DNA of 64,000 nt from an uncultured Fibrobacterota bacterium (GCA_963729895.1 CAVSQB010000009.1:137565-201564); one strand, 5' to 3'; counted from the stretch's first letter, positions 48,059 to 58,347 are shown. Numbers and translations: made by a program. Notes: generated by a model from the letters alone, not told the origin.

Positions 48059-49129
48059 TCAATTACCCTTCGCCTTCTTCCCCTGCCATCCATGCCAATC
48101 AGGTTTCTTGACCTGCGAAAGTAACGTGCTATCGACAACCCATTCCCTGTATTCATTGAAGAATGTTGCAAGTTTTTCAGGCCATTTTGCCTTTACTCTG
48201 GACAGAATCTCCGGCTCAAGTTTCGTCCGACAAAATGTTCTGGCTTTGCTGAGGTCGGTTCCCTTGAGGTTCGCTTTCCAAAGATTGGCTCCCGCAAAGA
48301 CCGTTCCCTGAAGGTCGGCTCCGCTAAGGTCGGCTCCGCTAAGGTCGGCTCCGGTGAGGTCGGCTCCCGTAAGGTCGGCTCTCGAAAGGTCGGTTTTCTG
48401 AAGATTTGCTCCCTGAAGTCTGGTTTGCAGCAGGTCAGATCCCACAAGGCTGGCTCCCGAAAGCGTGGCTCCCCGAAGGTCGGCTCCCTCAAGGTTAGCT
48501 TTCTGAAGCTTTGCTCCCGGAAGTTTGACGCCAAATAACTCGGCTTTCTCGAGGCGGACACGTCGGAAGTCGGCATTCTCAAGGCTTGCTCCCTGAAAAA
48601 CGGCCCCTTGGAGTTTGGCTCCCAGGAAGCGGGCTCCGTGGAGGTCGGCACCCTCAAAATGGGCGCTATCAAGCAAGGCGCTGTCAAGGAGGGTTTCCCG
48701 AAGGTTGGCACCCCTAAGGTTTGCTCCCCTGAGATTTGCTCCTTGCAGCCTGGCCATCTCCAAGTTGGCTTCCCTTAGATCGGCTCCCTCAAAGTTGACT
48801 GACTGAAGGCAGGATCCCCGACAGTCGGCTTGCACAAGGATAGCTCCCGAAAGGTCGGCTCTCAAGAGGTCGGCCCTCTCAAGATCAGCTCTCAAAAGGT
48901 CGATTCGCGCAAGGTTGGCTCCCCGAAGGTTGGCTCCTTGCAGCTTCGCTTCCTGAAGCTTTGTTGCCTGAAGGCTGACACCATTAAGTTCAGGTTTAAC
49001 GGTTTGGTTTTCCTCTCTCCATTTATTCCACTTTTCCACCCCGGATTTTAGTATGTCAATTTGATCCTGCGAGGCAACGCCTATCGCAAGTATCAACAGG
49101 ACAACAGTTGCACTTTTGAAGCCGGTCAT
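48059..49129 (-). CDS. Pentapeptide-repeat protein with N-terminal signal-like segment
   Basis: Long A(D/N)LxG periodicity; GVEKWNKWR motif; 15-bp tandem DNA repeats near 48311-48393. Confidence 0.9.
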   Translation of the reverse strand: MTGFKSATVVLLILAIGVASQDQIDILKSGVEKWNKWREENQTVKPELNGVSLQATKLQEAKLQGANLRGANLARIDLLRADLERADLLRADLSGAILVQADCRGSCLQSVNFEGADLREANLEMARLQGANLRGANLRGANLRETLLDSALLDSAHFEGADLHGARFLGAKLQGAVFQGASLENADFRRVRLEKAELFGVKLPGAKLQKANLEGADLRGATLSGASLVGSDLLQTRLQGANLQKTDLSRADLTGADLTGADLSGADLSGADLQGTVFAGANLWKANLKGTDLSKARTFCRTKLEPEILSRVKAKWPEKLATFFNEYREWVVDSTLLSQVKKPDWHGWQGKKAKGN

Positions 49130-49261
49130 GATGCCTCCAGCGGATCTATGCAGCTCTGATAGTTCCAAGAAATGCGCCCATCTGCCGTCAAATCATGGCT
49201 GTCCATTGGGATATTCGGGATCATAAAAATGGTGTCCTCAAACGCTGCTCCTTAAAAACAC

Positions 49262-49283
49262 AGGGCGTTCGGTTGAACGCCCT
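49262..49283 (-). terminator. Intrinsic terminator of the pilin operon
   Basis: AGGGCGTTC-GGTT-GAACGCCCT stem, T-rich tail on the minus strand. Confidence 0.6.
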
Positions 49284-49312
49284 TGCTTTTACAGAAATAC
49301 CATTGTCCCGTT

Positions 49313-51193
49313 TCAGTTCAAGTTCCCGTAGCTTCGTGAAAAGGAACGACGCGTGGAGGCCACGGGTTTCATTGTGAGCATGTTGGTGGTGATCTCGCAG
49401 TCAGAATTCGTGGAATGTCGCTCGCAGTAGAAGAAGTCGAAATTATACGTCCCGTTGTTCATCATGGTATCTCCGGGAACCAATGTTCCCCCGGCGCCCG
49501 TATGTTTGAAACAGGTGTCGATAAGCACCGTCATGCTCCCGCCGGCGTGAGGGCCTCCAAGATCCATCACAAGCCTGTTGTTGAGAAACAGCCATATATC
49601 GTCGTCACCCGTAAATTGAAACGTGTCATGCGGCGTCTTCACAAAGGTGCGGTTCATTGTCATGGTGAACGAGAAATTATGGGGCCACACCCCCGGGGCC
49701 AGGTGAGTCTTGCTTGTGTCGGGCTCGCAGGCTGTATCGTTCGTCTTCTGAAAGCCGGCCGTCCACTCGGCCCCGAAACCTTTGCCATCCAGAGGCCAGA
49801 AGCCCACCTTGTTGAATTGGTACGTTCCCGTCGTGTGGTTTATGCATACAAATTGCAGACTGTCCTGAAAGACCATATTCTTGTAAGCCGTGTCGTTTAG
49901 TGGACTTGCAGGATACGTGCGTTCATACTTGGGGTTTTGCCCGTCTACCGGCGCATCGACCTCATTGCAGCTTGCATTTCCCCATTCCCCATAGCACCCG
50001 GCAATCCCAGTATTGACCGGACAATCCCAAGGGATGAATGGGGAGCAACGTCTCCACCTCCGGAGGGTCTTTGCACAAGCCGAACTGTCTACCGTTGTAT
50101 ATTGCAAAGTTGTATAATGATAAATCGGTATCATTGAATCTGCCGAATCTCCCATCGTATTGGGACGAAACCATTTCGCAATATTATAATCCATGCAAGG
50201 AGTCGGCCCCAATACCGGCTTACGGCTCGCATCCAGGAAAGTCCCCACCATGCCTGTTTGAGATGCATTTAGACACGGCTGTTCAAACTCCGGATTTGTC
50301 CTGTTTGAATGATAATCGTAGAAGGTCACCCCTGCGTAAACCGAGTCCGCGGCGGTGAGAAGCGAGTCGTGCCCGAGCTCGATGTACTGATTGAGGGGAG
50401 TCTTAAAAGTCAAACCCCATTTCTGGAGTGAATCCCATGCCATTGTCTGCATCATGAACTTTGTGGACCCGAGCACATTTATGGTCCATTGCACTGTGTA
50501 ATTGCCGAATTGCGTCCTGTTTGAGATGTTCTTGTACGCGTAAAGGGACATTTCATCAATCTTGTATCCGTTTCCCGACCCGTTTCGCGCAACTCCGCTC
50601 ATCCGGAAATACCTGTACGAACCGCCTAGGTTACTTAGAGTGTCCTTTCGGTGTTTGGTAATGTTCGTGTTATTCGCTACAGAGGACAAGGTGGTCCAGC
50701 TCGCGGCGTCATTTGAACCCTGAAAATTGTAGCTTTTTCCTGACCAGAGGGTGTCCCAATTTATTACGGCTTTACTGATATTGATTTTACTGCCACAGTC
50801 GGCCTTTAGCCAGGCAGTATCCTTGCTGGTTGCGGTGTAATCGTTTTCCCAGTACGTGGTGGTATCGCCGTCTTTCGCATTCGTTGCGGCGTAGGTTGAA
50901 TAGGTGGTGAGAGCCGTCATTGTAACTGACGCCCGGGGATAGAGGGTGTCGAGGTTGTGGCCCAGCCAGTTGGTGTCAAGCGAGTCTATCACCGACTGAG
51001 AAAGCACGGTCATCTGCCCGTCAGCGGCATAAAAAGCCTGTATCTTGCTTCGGTAGTTTTTAGCGATGGTCGAGCTCATGGCCGCACTGGTGATCATGCC
51101 TATTCCGATCGCCGCCACGGCCAGCATGATGAGCATTGCCACTACCATGACCACGCCCTGGGAATTTCTCAGGGTTTTCAATAAGGATTTCAT
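49313..51193 (-). CDS. PilX-like minor pilin fused to an F5/8 type C (discoidin/CBM32) domain and a fibro-slime (PA14-like) domain
   Basis: SQG|VVMVVAML prepilin lacking E5, QAFYAADG; NAKDGDTTTYW..WLKAD..QGSND..W..YRYFRM; NPEFE, FWPLDGKGFG, HNFSFT, FTGDDDIWLFLN..LVMDLGG.H, FFYCERH. Confidence 0.85.
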   Translation of the reverse strand: MKSLLKTLRNSQGVVMVVAMLIMLAVAAIGIGMITSAAMSSTIAKNYRSKIQAFYAADGQMTVLSQSVIDSLDTNWLGHNLDTLYPRASVTMTALTTYSTYAATNAKDGDTTTYWENDYTATSKDTAWLKADCGSKINISKAVINWDTLWSGKSYNFQGSNDAASWTTLSSVANNTNITKHRKDTLSNLGGSYRYFRMSGVARNGSGNGYKIDEMSLYAYKNISNRTQFGNYTVQWTINVLGSTKFMMQTMAWDSLQKWGLTFKTPLNQYIELGHDSLLTAADSVYAGVTFYDYHSNRTNPEFEQPCLNASQTGMVGTFLDASRKPVLGPTPCMDYNIAKWFRPNTMGDSADSMIPIYHYTTLQYTTVDSSACAKTLRRWRRCSPFIPWDCPVNTGIAGCYGEWGNASCNEVDAPVDGQNPKYERTYPASPLNDTAYKNMVFQDSLQFVCINHTTGTYQFNKVGFWPLDGKGFGAEWTAGFQKTNDTACEPDTSKTHLAPGVWPHNFSFTMTMNRTFVKTPHDTFQFTGDDDIWLFLNNRLVMDLGGPHAGGSMTVLIDTCFKHTGAGGTLVPGDTMMNNGTYNFDFFYCERHSTNSDCEITTNMLTMKPVASTRRSFSRSYGNLN

Positions 51194-51216
51194 CGGCACC
51201 CTCCCCACGTTGGAAA

Positions 51217-51996
51217 TCAAAACCTGTTCCTGAACCGCAAATTCATGTTAAGCGCGAGCCTGTGATACCCGTCGCCAAAGCCAGGGCACTTGTATTTGGG
51301 ATCCTGGGACGCGGTTCGTGCGCGTACGTAAAGTGAACAGGAACTCATGTTTGTCCAATTGGCCGTTACCGCGTGCGTGGAGTCGAAAAAAGTCATTGTG
51401 AGCGCATCTATGTTTTCGGCCTGCACGTTCGCGGCGGAATCTATGCAGAAATTGGTTCCGCTCAATAAGTATTGGTGCGTGGTGGCACAAAATGCAACAT
51501 TGAAGGCGTTAAAAGTGGTACTTGCTCCCAGCGCAACGGTGTCGGCAGGCAAACCCGTCACCACGCCGGTGATTTTTACACTGGACGCCCACCCGCCTGT
51601 GTCAAGGAGCAGGGAATCCGCCCCGAGAAATGCCTTCCCGACCGAGTCCGGCGTTACCGGAATTTTGCTGGAGGAGAGATAACTGGCAAATGTCCATTTC
51701 CCGCCGTACGGATTGACCCGCATCGTGATGTTGCTCGTCGTGGAGCTTGACGTTATGATAACAGGGTAATAGAACGTGGGGAGGTCTGCACCGGCCTGCT
51801 CCAGAACCTCGCTCAATCGCCTGATGGTGTATGTTGCGTTCTGGTACATATCGGTCATTTGTTCCTGTAAATTGTAGCTCCACAGACTCTGGGTAAGCAG
51901 GCGGTACACCCCCAGGATCACGACAGCGCCGGCGGCAATGGTGATGAGAAGCTCCACCATCGTAAGTCCGCTTGCTCCCTGTTTTTCCTTTTGCAC
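51217..51996 (-). CDS. PilW-like type IV minor pilin
   Basis: G|LTMVELL prepilin cleavage/methylation motif, LEQAG, C-terminal LRFRN. Confidence 0.8.
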   Translation of the reverse strand: MQKEKQGASGLTMVELLITIAAGAVVILGVYRLLTQSLWSYNLQEQMTDMYQNATYTIRRLSEVLEQAGADLPTFYYPVIITSSSTTSNITMRVNPYGGKWTFASYLSSSKIPVTPDSVGKAFLGADSLLLDTGGWASSVKITGVVTGLPADTVALGASTTFNAFNVAFCATTHQYLLSGTNFCIDSAANVQAENIDALTMTFFDSTHAVTANWTNMSSCSLYVRARTASQDPKYKCPGFGDGYHRLALNMNLRFRNRF

Positions 51997-52035
51997 CGCA
52001 TCTCTCCCGCCGTCTCGCGCCGGTCTTTTCTAAGA

Positions 52036-52485
52036 TCAAAAATTCTGTGCAATCCGGGTTTCAACCTGTAGGCTGTCGGTCGGCTTGCACCCGGTCCACC
52101 ATGCAGTCAGATTTACCTTGAGCACGTCGGTGATCACATGTCCGTTTGGATCATGCAGAGTGTCATATCCATGCCATCGCACCGATACGGGTGGAGTTAC
52201 ACTACTGTCGGTGACAACCACATCATGATTATCAAAAGTCGTCTTGAAGGTCTGGAAATTCGTTACCGGATTCTGCGCAATGACCATCCTCTGCTTCTCA
52301 ATTTGTTTTTCAACAATTTGGCCGGCAGCCATGAGCCTGTTGGTGCTTGTCGTTTGAGACCATGAGGTCTTTTGCCACATGAGAACCGCAACCGCGCTTG
52401 TCGCAATAATGATCCCTGCGAGCATCACCTCGATCATGGTGAAGCCCTGCGCGTTTCTTCCAACGAGATCCGGTTTCTTCATCAT
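52036..52485 (-). CDS. PilV-like type IV minor pilin
   Basis: QG|FTMIEVMLA; start ATG 52485. Confidence 0.8.
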   Translation of the reverse strand: MMKKPDLVGRNAQGFTMIEVMLAGIIIATSAVAVLMWQKTSWSQTTSTNRLMAAGQIVEKQIEKQRMVIAQNPVTNFQTFKTTFDNHDVVVTDSSVTPPVSVRWHGYDTLHDPNGHVITDVLKVNLTAWWTGCKPTDSLQVETRIAQNF

Positions 52486-52496
52486 TTTGTCCGCTC

Positions 52497-52994
52497 CTAT
52501 TGAACTTTTACCCTGCCTGTGCTGGCCAGTATGCTTATGGTGCGAATCGCACCGTACTTGTTCTTCACTATTATCGCTCCCCCGTTTTTTGCCGACCCGT
52601 CGCCGCGGAACACCACCACGTTGTTGGTGATGCCTCCTGCGGCGGTTGACGGAATGCTGTCCCATATGTTGGCAGGCAACGTGTACACCGCCGTGTACGT
52701 TGGATCGTTCGCGTAATATTGATATGGAGTGGCGGTGTTGGTGTCAAAAAACACCAACGTGGTGTTGACACTTGGGTTGATGTAGACGCCGACATGAGTG
52801 TTGGGGTCTGCAAGCGCCCTCGTCCGGGCAACAATCATTTGCCGCTTGATGCTGCCGGCTGCGGTACGCAATTTGATCTGTCCAACCATGGGATTCATGT
52901 AGGGTACCGCCACTGCGGCCAGGATGCCGATTATCACGATGGCGACAACCATTTCAACAAGGCTGAAGCCGGAAGTTCGGTTGTTATGTTTCAT
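52497..52994 (-). CDS. FimT/GspH-like type IV minor pilin
   Basis: SG|FSLVEMVVAIVIIGILAAVAVP, AR.RA, VVF..DG, TGRVK. Confidence 0.85.
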   Translation of the reverse strand: MKHNNRTSGFSLVEMVVAIVIIGILAAVAVPYMNPMVGQIKLRTAAGSIKRQMIVARTRALADPNTHVGVYINPSVNTTLVFFDTNTATPYQYYANDPTYTAVYTLPANIWDSIPSTAAGGITNNVVVFRGDGSAKNGGAIIVKNKYGAIRTISILASTGRVKVQ

Positions 52995-53290
52995 GCGCCA
53001 CCGCCCATCACCGGATACAAAGGACGTAGTCATCCATTGTGATTATACCACGCTGTGACACAATAATCAACAAGATTAGCTTAAAATTCTACCTCGAAAG
53101 TCCACCCGCGTTTGGAGCAAAATATTCAGGATAATCGCCTTTTTTTTCAGTATATTAATCTTGGCTGAAAGGTGCTGGAGACAGCGAATTTGAACCGCTT
53201 AACTTTTTAGTCTCTCGTGAAAAAGAAATTTCGTCGTTTAAGCGATAAACAAAAAGTAACTTTTCCAAGCCCAGGGAAGGAAACCTCATT

Positions 53291-55687
53291 ATGCGGATCA
53301 ACCCAAGGTATCTGCTTGCGTGCTGTGCAATCATTGCAATTGCAAATGCTTCTGCATCCGCTCAGACCCAGGTAGGCAAGGGATCGTATGCGACTTCCGG
53401 CAATTTTTCTGTCCCTCCCACCAATCCCTACATCACCCCCGATTTCAGCCAGAAAGTGATATCCGACAAGTGGTGGGTTACCCTCATGACCCAGCAGTTT
53501 TCGTCGGGCATGTGGGCGCATCCGCTTGACTACCAGACAACCGCCACCGGCCTCCAGATGGGGTATCCCGGCGCCGCATCGGTGCAGGGTGACGGGTTCT
53601 ATTGCTCATATGTCAACGATCTTACGGTTGGGATAGACGGTTTGAACGCGCCGTCGACGGCCGTGGCGTCCTATTCCCATTTCGGCGTGACCGGCCGCTG
53701 GACCTCGGGCGCGATGGTAATGGAAGCCACCCTGTGCCAGGGAATACCATTCGCCTACTTCAAGATCACGGGCGGAAACGCGAAAATCACTTTTAACGGC
53801 AATCCTACCATCTGGTACAATCAGGGCGGCGTTGTGGGCGCAACGGTGGGCGGCCACAATTACGGCATATTCGCGCCAACGGGATCGTCGTGGAGCGGTA
53901 CTGCGACCATGACATCGTCGCTTGCAGGCCAGAACTACCTTTCCGTGGCTCTCCTTCCCGACAACACGCAGCAGACCCTGCAATTCTTCCTGACTTATGC
54001 ATATACCTTTGTCAAGGACACGCGGGTGAGCTGGGTCTACGACGAGCCGAGCGGCATCCTCACCTCCACCTTCGGCATAACTCCCGATATCAAGGAAGGA
54101 ACCCAAAGCGGTACCATTTTTGCGGTCTTGCGCCACCAGTGGAAAGAAATGCCGGGGCCGTTCCTTCAGTACACCTATCAAAGCGCGCGCGGCGTGATGA
54201 AGGTGGTTGCGGGACAGAGTTTCACCGTCCCCATGAAGTTTAACGGCATCCTCACCACCATGCCGGACACCGGAGTGAACATAAATACTCTGAACGGACT
54301 TGTTCAAGGCGAAAACGTGCCCGGTTCCATAGGCTCCGGCTCATGCTCCTACAACAAGGATCTGGGCAGGTATGCCCAGTTGTGCGAAGAGGCCAACCTC
54401 GCGGGCAACACCGCCAAACGCGCGGCAATAATCGCCGGCCTCGAGGCAGGCCTTCAAAATTGGTTCACCGCCGACGGCACCCCGGAGTTCTATTACCACA
54501 AACCGTGGAACAGGTTAATCGGATATCCCCCTTGCTATTACTCGGACACGCGCCTCACCGACCACCATTTCCACTACGGTTACTACCTCCGCGCGGCGTC
54601 AGTGGTTGCGGAATACGACTCGACCTGGGCAAAACCCCAGAACTGGGGCGGCATGGTCCAGATGCTCATCCGGGACGTCAACTCGTGGGACGACAATGAC
54701 TCGCTGTTCGGAAGGTTCGCCTACTTTGAGCCCTACGAAGGCCACGGCTGGGCCGACGGCATGGGCTTTGCGAACGGCACCAACCAGGAATCATCGTCCG
54801 AGTCGATGAACTTCAACGCCGGCCTCATCCTCTGGGGGGTGATGACGGGGAACAAGACGCTTCGCGACGAGGGAATCTTCATGTATGTCAACGAAGCGCG
54901 CGCCATCGAACAGTATTGGTGGGACGTTGACCACGTCACGTTTCCGTCCGGATTTGCTCATACCTGCGTCGGCCAGGCCTGGAGCAACGGCGGCGCCTAT
55001 GGCACGTGGTTCTCGGGGGACAAATCCGCGATCCACGGCATAAACATTTTGCCGAACACTGCGGGCCATATGTACTACGGACGCTGCCCGGACTACATTC
55101 CGTCAAACTACAACGAAGGCTTCGACGGCGGCTGGTCCGATCTTTTCTACGAATTCCTCGCCTATTCGGACGCCGCGACCGCGATGTCGAAGTACAACGG
55201 CGGCACGGGCATCGAGGCCGGCAACACACAGGCGGCATGTTACAACGAGATTTCGTCTCTCAACGCAGTGGGCAGGCTCGACACGATGATCACCGCGAGC
55301 ACGCCTACGTTCGGCGTCTTCGACAAGGGCACGGTGAGGACCTATTGCGTTTTCAACCCGGACTATTCCGAGCAGACGTTTACCTTCAACGACGGGTTCA
55401 GCGTGGTGGTGCCGGCCAGAAAACAGCAATGCACCTCCGGTCCCGTGCGTCCGGTGGCTGTCACCAGACTTCTTCAAAACAAGACGTTCGCGCTCACGGC
55501 ACCGTCACGGTTCTTTTTTGCGGGCGGCAGTTTCCGCATCCCCGGACTCGACCCGGGCACGCGGGCCGTGGCTTTGTACAACGTCAACGGAAAAGAGGTG
55601 TGGAGATCCCGGGTTTGCCCGGGTCAGGCAATCTTCTCTGCAGCGTCGCTTGCTAAAGGAATATACCTGCTCGGGCAAATCAAGTGA
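53291..55687 (+). CDS. Secreted GH81 endo-1,3(4)-beta-glucanase with CTD-like tail
   Basis: DHHFHYGY, FEPYEGHGWADG, NQESSSES.N, IHGINILP; LYNVNGKEV..KGIYLL tail. Confidence 0.9.
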   Translation: MRINPRYLLACCAIIAIANASASAQTQVGKGSYATSGNFSVPPTNPYITPDFSQKVISDKWWVTLMTQQFSSGMWAHPLDYQTTATGLQMGYPGAASVQGDGFYCSYVNDLTVGIDGLNAPSTAVASYSHFGVTGRWTSGAMVMEATLCQGIPFAYFKITGGNAKITFNGNPTIWYNQGGVVGATVGGHNYGIFAPTGSSWSGTATMTSSLAGQNYLSVALLPDNTQQTLQFFLTYAYTFVKDTRVSWVYDEPSGILTSTFGITPDIKEGTQSGTIFAVLRHQWKEMPGPFLQYTYQSARGVMKVVAGQSFTVPMKFNGILTTMPDTGVNINTLNGLVQGENVPGSIGSGSCSYNKDLGRYAQLCEEANLAGNTAKRAAIIAGLEAGLQNWFTADGTPEFYYHKPWNRLIGYPPCYYSDTRLTDHHFHYGYYLRAASVVAEYDSTWAKPQNWGGMVQMLIRDVNSWDDNDSLFGRFAYFEPYEGHGWADGMGFANGTNQESSSESMNFNAGLILWGVMTGNKTLRDEGIFMYVNEARAIEQYWWDVDHVTFPSGFAHTCVGQAWSNGGAYGTWFSGDKSAIHGINILPNTAGHMYYGRCPDYIPSNYNEGFDGGWSDLFYEFLAYSDAATAMSKYNGGTGIEAGNTQAACYNEISSLNAVGRLDTMITASTPTFGVFDKGTVRTYCVFNPDYSEQTFTFNDGFSVVVPARKQQCTSGPVRPVAVTRLLQNKTFALTAPSRFFFAGGSFRIPGLDPGTRAVALYNVNGKEVWRSRVCPGQAIFSAASLAKGIYLLGQIK

Positions 55688-55719
55688 TCAGGCGCGTCCG
55701 CAGGCCGTGGTGACCAACA

Positions 55720-56058
55720 CTATGCCGCAATCTCCACGGCCGACTTTCTCAAGTCCCTCTTGAGAAAGTGCATTCTGCGTCGTATGTGCTTGAGCGCCTC
55801 GTGATTTCCGGCCTTTACTGCGTCGTCGCGTTTTGTCTTGAGGGCCTTTATCTTCTCCTTGATCGTTACCTTGACATCGCCGGCCGCGACCTTATGGTGG
55901 GCCTGCATGGCAATATTGAGCGCCTTGCACAGCTGGGCAAGCAGATGTTCCTTGTTGAGCTGCGAATATCCCTGGAGCGCTTCATGCTCAATGCCTGCTG
56001 CAATCTCCCGGAGTTCGGCAACCGTCTTCTTCTTGAGTTCCTCGTACGTGTGAGCCAT
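55720..56058 (-). CDS. Small basic protein with a Rho-N-terminal-like HeH motif
   Basis: RBS AAGGAGG; EELKKKTVAELREIA...YSQLNKEHLL; 112 aa. Confidence 0.75.
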   Translation of the reverse strand: MAHTYEELKKKTVAELREIAAGIEHEALQGYSQLNKEHLLAQLCKALNIAMQAHHKVAAGDVKVTIKEKIKALKTKRDDAVKAGNHEALKHIRRRMHFLKRDLRKSAVEIAA

Positions 56059-56589
56059 AGGCGATTTTCCTCCTTGATTTGTGTACACCTGCCACGGTAA
56101 ATCCCAATGAAGAACCCGCCCCAAGTGGCGGGGATTCTTCCTTGCCCTAGGAAAAAATATTTGTAATTGGGCTACACCCTTGGGGGGCGGTAGATTTGTA
56201 ATTCGCAAACCATACGGTTTGCGGTGCCCTTTCGCCCGCTATTCCCGCGCCACCACGACCAGGCCCGCATACACGGCTACAGGAGTAGCCGCATAAGCGA
56301 ACTCACGGGGATTGCGCGGGCTGAGGCGTTCCACATTAAAGTAAGATTTGCAACCCAAAGAAACAACAGCATCCGGTCTTGGAACAAAGAAAAACAAAGA
56401 CCGGCGCCGGTTGCTTCGACCCGACACCGGTCCCAAACTAACACCATTGCAAGGGTTTTGGTCCCTTCACCATCAAGTATAACCCCATCCGCCGGCTGCG
56501 GCAACAGGCTTGACACAAAAGTGTTTTCCACCAGAAAACTGCTTTGCGGGGTGTACGCAGGGGCAAAAGCCCGGAGGGAGGCCCGAAAA

Positions 56590-58347
56590 TCAGCGCGCCA
56601 GCAGAATGGACTGGCACTGGCGGGCGCCGTCGGAAAAGAAATACCTGGCATAGACAATGCCGTCGGACCCTATGCGGGGAACCGAAAGAAGCGATTGGTC
56701 TCCAACCGGGAGCCGTGCAAGGGTTTGACCGGAAACGGTGCAAAGCTCGATACGGGTGAGTTTCCGGGCATAGCCCTGCTGCACCGAAAAAAACAATGTC
56801 TGGCCGGCAAGTTTGTGGGTAATGCAACCCTGCCCATTGCCCGGGAACCTGAAAACCGAAGCCGCGGTCATGCCCGTGGCATTGTTGACAATCCGCAACC
56901 TGTCGGAACCTGCCGTGAACGTCAGCGTGTCGTTCCGAGCCCAGGTGTGGCTGGCGACAAAAGGATACGCCACACGGGTACATTTGAATGTGGGACAGGA
57001 CAGGTCTCTTTCCCCAAGTTCACAGACCGCAGAAACCTGCACCGAAGAAGGGCCCAGCACTATGGTAATCACGCCCGACGCAAGCCTCAGGGAATCGACC
57101 ATGCATTGTGAATCCGGCGGGATGGAGCCGATGGTGTATGTTCCGTTGTTCTTCATATTGACGTTTGTGCCGCTGTTCATGAGCACCAGGCTGAAATCGG
57201 AATAGCTTTGGTCCGGGTCGTTCATGGTAACAGTACAGGAAAAGGGATTGACCATAGAATAGGGATTTCTATTGACGGAATCCTTGAGCGCCGGAGGCAC
57301 GGTGGAACCGATGGAGGATGGATTGAGCCTGTACGTTGCGGCGGTCCTTGTCCACTGATTGTCGAGGAGTTCCACTCCAAAGCCGTCCCACCGGTTGATA
57401 AAGTTGCCGAACCGGTAGTTTGCCGTTCCGATTGGATGATAGGTCCAGGACGTTCCGTTGTAATCCAGGAAGGTGCCTGCGCTGCCCACGGCGCCGCGGG
57501 AGGATATGTATTGAATTGCATGAGCTCCCACTTGTTGATTGTCGAATACATATTTTGTTCCGGAGCCCCGGTACATGGACCCTGTTGACGTTCCGGCATA
57601 GCGGTCGTTTACGCAGAAGACGGTGTCGGTAATTCCGGGGCCAAGATCGAAATTGGTTTCGGTCCACGCGCCGCCGATAACGACGGGAAAATACCGCATG
57701 AGGCCGTTTGACCCGAGCAGCCAGATTGCGGTGTCCACCTGGGCAGCGGAATCGCGCGCGCCCTAGATGCGGAACACTTCCTGCCCGGTTTGCAGCCCGT
57801 TTGTGACAAGCGTGTCGACATGGAGGACGGCAAGGGTGCCGGTGGAAAGGAGAACCGCCAGGACCTTCTTCTGGCTGTTCTTGCAGAGCAGCTTGACGCT
57901 GTCGCCTCCGTAAACGGGGTTCCTCACAAGATAAAGCGGCGAACCCTGGGCGAGCGTCACGCCGCCCAGCGTCACCTTTGCGGGGTCGAGATAGTCGAGG
58001 AAGCAGCTCGTGCACAGCGGCTTCGGCAGCGGGCATTGGTACTGGGTATTCATCAGGTACAATTCGTTCGCCGCGGTCGAATACACGGCCACCGCGCTCG
58101 CCGCGGGCCCGCAGATATCGAAGTTCACCGGCTTCGACGCGCACACGGCGTCGGGAATGGTGATGGTGACGCTGTCGTACGCCGCCTTGCCCCAATTCCT
58201 GTTTGCAAATGCCGGATGAAGATATACGTACCCGTTGCTGTCCGGATCGCATTGGGGAAACGACGGGAATGCGCACCACAGCAGGCCGCACGCGGCGACA
58301 CAAAACCGACGCAGCAGGCCCTGATTGACAAAACGCATTCTCTTCAT
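56590..58347 (-). pseudogene. Secreted protein gene (585 codons) with one in-frame TAG at 57763-57765
   Basis: ORFs 57763..58395 and 56590..57738 share a frame (QEVFRI*GARDSAAQVDTAIW); signal peptide only on the first part, CTD-like tail only on the second. Confidence 0.7.

Noticed and set aside
48311..48393. 15-bp tandem repeats
   Set aside because: They encode pentapeptide repeats (ADLSG/ADLTG) and are not a separate element
56224..56590. Short ORFs between the Rho-N-like gene and the split secreted gene
   Set aside because: No convincing start, RBS or protein-like composition; treated as intergenic
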